DNA from: Octopus bimaculoides
Lineage: Eukaryota
Length of the DNA: 44,108 bases
NCBI RefSeq assembly: GCF_001194135.2
Contig: NC_068981.1
Location: 69,022,604-69,066,711, forward strand
Reading direction: 5' to 3'
Program-made: the position numbers and the translations under genes
Part shown: in pieces, positions 39,831-44,108 of the stretch
Position numbering within the stretch: the stretch's first letter is position 1
Layout: each line of letters begins with the position of its first letter
Notes under the pieces: generated by a model
The model's database searches: none
Seen by the model: the letters and a program-made list of their open reading frames with translations, nothing else
Told to the model about the DNA's origin: nothing

Positions 39831-41399
39831 CTGTAGTCTGAGATTTTTTTCATGGAGAGGAAATCTGAACAAAAATACGCGGACAGAAAGTTATATTTTA
39901 ACTTCGCAATAATGAAATTCATAACTACTACGTATACTTTCAAGAGATACTTTTTTTTTAATGAGATTATAATGTATAAATCATCACAATGTAAGGAAGG
40001 GTCAGAAACAAAAAGAAACACAGATACATTTATAGATAGCGTGAAATGTAAACACATTTGCATAGAATATGAGATAGTGCACTTTCATAAAAATTATTAT
40101 TTGAAGACAAAGAATCGAAGAATTACGCAATTACAGCGAAGTGCACTTACACACAGAGCTTGATAAAACAAACGCGCAAAAGTGCCTTTTGCTTCACTAA
40201 GAAAATTAAAAAAACCCTCGTGTTTAACAGCTAGGAATATAATACTCGGTTCAATCCCACTCTGTAAATAGACTGGTTGCCATCAATTTGCGTTTGTGAG
40301 ATACCGACAAGAAAAGAAAATGGACCACAGAGTAAACGTATTAAGATAGAGAAAATAAAGAGGGATTTTGAAGATAATAGGGAATTAATATCGTGTCAAT
40401 ATGTCCATGCAGCCATTTCACCTTAATAGAATTAATTCTCTGGTGTTGAAATATCCATTATTAAGAACCCCAACCCATCCTTTTCTTTCCTCCCCACATT
40501 CGTTTCTCGTATTCTACATTCGCTTTCTCTCCTAATTTTCTCCTGCGATATTTACTTATATACTTCTTTATTTATTGTCATTTTGTCCATCATGTTTCCT
40601 TTCCATTCTGTTTCATTTCTATCAACATACCTATCAAAAATGCTTGTGTGGAATTGTATGGCTTGACTGTATAGTCAAGTCGGTTTCCTTTCATGCATAT
40701 TTTAGCATATTCTAAAACAAATAAACATATATATTTTCAATTACATTCTTGCAAGTATAAAGAACATCCTAGCCAGCGATGAAAGCTGCGTCAGAAATTC
40801 TACTCCATGATTTTTTTCTATAAAGAAACTGAGTTACTGATTATGTCAAACAAACAAGAACAAGAGCTGCTGCCATGATTATCTACTGAGCGGTATCTGT
40901 CCTCCACATCATAGACACAAGAAACGATTCAACCGAAATTACAGTACTGCTTGCCAACTCATATTTGTGAAGCCAATGTATTCGACGTATGGTCATTGCT
41001 AACCTGATCTATGGAGATCTCAATAAGTCATGAAGTCGAATCTTTAATATAATTCTCGCTACTTCTATGACATACATTAAGGAACATCTTCATTTCATTT
41101 GTTATCATTTTCCTAATTCATCATAATTTCTTTTCGTTTTCTCTTTTCATTATTTCTAAATATTATCTGAATTATATTAGTTTCAACTTTGTGTGTCGAC
41201 ATTTTGGCATACACTCTCATGCACTAGGAATCTTGAAGTTATTTCAGTTGTATAACGATATGCATTCTAGAGTAAATAATACATTTTCGAGAGATTTTAA
41301 TTCATCAAAAATACAACGTTCACTCATAATGCATTTGTATATATTCGATTTGATATAAAGGGAATCTTCATCTATTTAAATATCAAAAACTTGTTATCT

Positions 41400-41592
41400 G
41401 TATGTATGTATCTATCTCTCTCTCACTTTTTCGCTCTCTCCTTCTTTCTCACTCTTTCTCTCCATCCCTGAATATATGTATACATATACTTGTATGTATA
41501 TATGCATATAAGTGTGTGTGTATTTATAAATATGCGTGTGTGCGTGTGGGTGGGTGTGTGGGTGTGGGTATGGGTGTGGGCGTGTGTGTGTG
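41400..41592. repeat. Simple-repeat field ending in (GGGTGT)-like units
   Basis: Six GGG tracts between 41548 and 41580. Confidence 0.85.
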
Positions 41593-42035
41593 AATTTGTT
41601 AATGATATAATGGTATGTGTTGGCATATTTAAGGGCAAATTGTCTTATGATAACTTTAAATATCATGTTCTCAGACAAGATTCTAAAAACATAATTCAAA
41701 TTGCAGAGGTACAGTAGGATGCATTCTCATAAAAGAAGAATTGGGCAAATACAAGGGAGCCATGGGAACATTACTATCACCTAGCATTCCCTAAATCATA
41801 TTCCTCGCATTCTATGATGCTTAATATGTTGCAATCATAGCAAATTTCAGGAACAGTGATTCAAAATATGAATTATGTGGTATTTTAAATAGCAGACTAC
41901 AGACGCAGAAAGGCGCACAAACGCAGACACACACACACACACAGATAATATACGTATCCAAATATATACGTATGCACATATATATGAATTGTATATAAAC
42001 ATATATACATATATATATATGCATATATGTATAGA

Positions 42036-42070
<35 letters not shown>

Positions 42071-42284
42071 NNNNNNNNNNNNNNNNNNNNNNNNNNNNNN
42101 NNNNNNNNNNNNNNNNNNNNNNNNNNNNNNNNNNNNNNNNNNNNNNNNNNNNNNNNNNNNNNNNNNNNNNNNNNNNNNNNNNNNNNNNNNNATATATATA
42201 ACTTAGATTGGTTTGGACCATTAACAACCCAGGCCATGACTACCTCAATAACGCGACCTGGAAAATTCTTTCAGTTAATTTTTT

Positions 42285-42610
42285 CGGGACACTATGGACC
42301 ACTCAGACAGAGAGTTGTTTTTTGTTGAGATGTATCCAGGTGTAGGTGGTTTATTCGGTTTTTCTTGAAGGAATTTTTTTCAGGTACCGTTTGAAAGTTG
42401 TGGTGTATATTTCTACTTTCAGTTCTTTTGGGATAACATTGAAAATTTGCTGGACCATTTGCAGTGTAGAAATTCCGTCGCAATGTTCGTATGTGATATG
42501 ATCTCAACATTTGTAGGGGACGCACAGCACACAGAGGATAGCCTTCGGTGTATTATAAAGACAATGCCGATATCTTATTGGTAATATTTGTGGTATAAAT
42601 ACATACATAT
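42285..42610 (-). mobile_element. Degenerate CR1-type LINE 3' end (second, different copy)
   Basis: Minus-strand frames give LYHKYYQ*DIGIVFIIHRRL, VRPLQMLRSYHIRTLRRNFYTANGPA, FNVIPKELK..TFKRYLKKIP and PNKPPTPGYIS..NNSLSEW. These match the CR1 C-terminal pattern GP.LFN.IPK...FK..LD..L..IPD.P..PGY. Confidence 0.72.
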
Positions 42611-42796
42611 ATATTTTTAGATATTTATATATGTATCTATATGTATATATATGTATATATATATATATATATATATACTTATATATATACATACATATAT
42701 ATGTTTAGATATACATATACATATATGAATATATATGACGACTGCTCCATNNNNNNNNNNATATATGTTTAGATATACATATACATATATGAATAT

Positions 42797-44108
42797 ATAT
42801 GACGACTGCTCCATCTTGACAAACGATAGCCATCCCATCAACAATCCACACATATCATCACGCAGTACAATCACTCCGTTGGTGAGCCCTCAAGTGACTT
42901 TGAAGTCCGGCTGCTGAGCGACAAGGTCTACAGCACAGATGACAAATGTTCAGGCCTCTCGATACTTGCCCGCTGGTATCTGATTATAAGGAAAAGCTTC
43001 TGTGAACCAGCATATGTCTATTAAGTCCGGGTATTGTTTTACAAACCTTGTGACATATGCCACAGGTCGTAGAAGGCGGTTGGTATTTAGGGTGTCTGGA
43101 ATTTCTACCCTCATGTGTTTTCATGTGATTCACATATCCTGCTTTTGACAGAAGAACGGGATCACACACAATACACATCCTATACTCTCCATTGTTTACA
43201 ATTTTTCCCTTTCGACAGGCACGCTTAAGCTCAAGTTGCTGTAACATCTTTTCCTCCCAGACATCACAGCTCGTCCTGACAACAGCTCTCCACTTGCTTC
43301 GATCCAGAACATCTCCTTCCCACTCATTTTCATACATATCTAGTTTTTTCAGGTTTTGTTTAATGCAATCTTTATACCTCTTTCTCGGTTTCTGCCGCAG
43401 TCGCTCACCAGAGCTGAGCTCTCCATAAAATAAGCGCTTCGGCAAACGATCATCCTTCATTCTAATTACATGGCCAGCCCATACTCGCTTTTCAAGCTTT
43501 CCAAATGCAGCACTTCCCTTCGCTATTCGATGGTATATTTCTGCATCAAGACCACCATCCCTTGACAGTGTGGTTCCAAGGTAAACAAAGGTGTCAATGA
43601 CTTCTAATCTTGTTCCGTTCACAAAGATGTTTGGTTCAGTATATATTTGTCCAAGTGTGGGGGTAAGCATTACCTTGGTTTTTCTCAGACTTACTGTGAG
43701 TCCAAAATATGTACATGCAGTGGAAAATCTATCCATTAAATGTCGCATATCTTCCTCTGTGTATGCCAGCAAGTCAACATCATCAGCATAGAGCAATTCT
43801 CTGACAAGTACTCTGAAAACCTTTGCCTTACAGTTAAACCTGGTCAGATTAAATATGCTACCAGATGTCCGGAATCTGATTCCGATTCCCCTGTTACAAT
43901 GCTCAAATGCATACCGAAGCAATGTGGCAAAATATTTAGAGAAATGCGTAGGGGCAGGAATATCTCCCTGTTTTACACCGTTGTCCACTGAAAATTCATC
44001 AGATAGATTACCATTAAAAACTACCTGAGCTTTCATGTTCCTGTGCAATTTCTCGAAGAGGCTCACAAAATGTCTCGGGCAACCAAGTTTGCACAAAACA
44101 ATCCACAG
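42797..44108 (-). mobile_element. RTE LINE copy including a ~190-bp 3' UTR that ends in an (AT)-rich tract
   Basis: ORF2 as above, followed by GC-richer UTR-like sequence ending ...CAAGATGGAGCAGTCGTC-ATATAT on the minus strand. The 5' part lies outside the window. Confidence 0.88.
42984..44108 (-). CDS. RTE-clade non-LTR retrotransposon ORF2, 3' part (RT domain, thumb region, two C-terminal C2H2 zinc fingers); open to the window edge
   Basis: No stop from 44108 to TAA at 42984-42986. RT motifs GVKQGD, LLYADD (YADD at 43779-43790), FGLTVSLRKTKVM and FVYLGTTLS. RTE-typical W-AGHVIRM..RLPK.LFYGEL, RYKD and DRSKWR. Zinc fingers CIVC-x12-HMKTH (43113-43175) and CGIC-x12-HMLVH (43002-43064). Confidence 0.93.
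   Translation of the reverse strand: MWIVLCKLGCPRHFVSLFEKLHRNMKAQVVFNGNLSDEFSVDNGVKQGDIPAPTHFSKYFATLLRYAFEHCNRGIGIRFRTSGSIFNLTRFNCKAKVFRVLVRELLYADDVDLLAYTEEDMRHLMDRFSTACTYFGLTVSLRKTKVMLTPTLGQIYTEPNIFVNGTRLEVIDTFVYLGTTLSRDGGLDAEIYHRIAKGSAAFGKLEKRVWAGHVIRMKDDRLPKRLFYGELSSGERLRQKPRKRYKDCIKQNLKKLDMYENEWEGDVLDRSKWRAVVRTSCDVWEEKMLQQLELKRACRKGKIVNNGEYRMCIVCDPVLLSKAGYVNHMKTHEGRNSRHPKYQPPSTTCGICHKVCKTIPGLNRHMLVHRSFSL

Noticed and set aside
42697-42814. 54-bp direct repeat (42697-42750 and 42761-42814), resembling a target-site duplication or LTR
   Set aside because: The copies are identical and flank a 10-N gap, the typical signature of an unmerged contig overlap.
43192-43991. Three plus-strand ORFs of 66-83 aa
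   Set aside because: Antisense shadows of the RTE ORF2.

Overview
AT-rich eukaryotic genomic DNA from a gapped short-read scaffold. There are 10 N-gaps, most bordered by (TA)n. The microsatellite load and the recurring SINE and LINE families look like a coleoid cephalopod, most likely Octopus; this is an inference from recalled repeat consensus sequences, not a database result. I cannot support any host protein-coding gene, rRNA, tRNA or CRISPR array here, and almost all long ORFs in the track are artefacts of N-gaps or simple repeats. The only convincing CDS is the 3' part of an RTE-clade LINE ORF2 (minus strand, running off the right edge). It has an RT YADD motif, an apparent in-frame internal deletion and two canonical C-terminal C2H2 zinc fingers. 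The rest is a fossil record of mobile DNA: two CR1-type LINE 3' ends, an L2/CR1-like remnant, two Tc1/mariner remnants, a Penelope-like GIY-YIG tail folded into a 44-bp hairpin, about nine copies of one tRNA-type SINE, and two or three copies of a second SINE. The best leads are the zinc-fingered RTE, the Penelope hairpin whose arms differ only by silent or conservative changes, (TA)n expansion at the same CR1 motif in two copies, an inverted SINE cluster, and a few weak exon- or promoter-like islands. I found no clear evidence of a novel multi-gene system.
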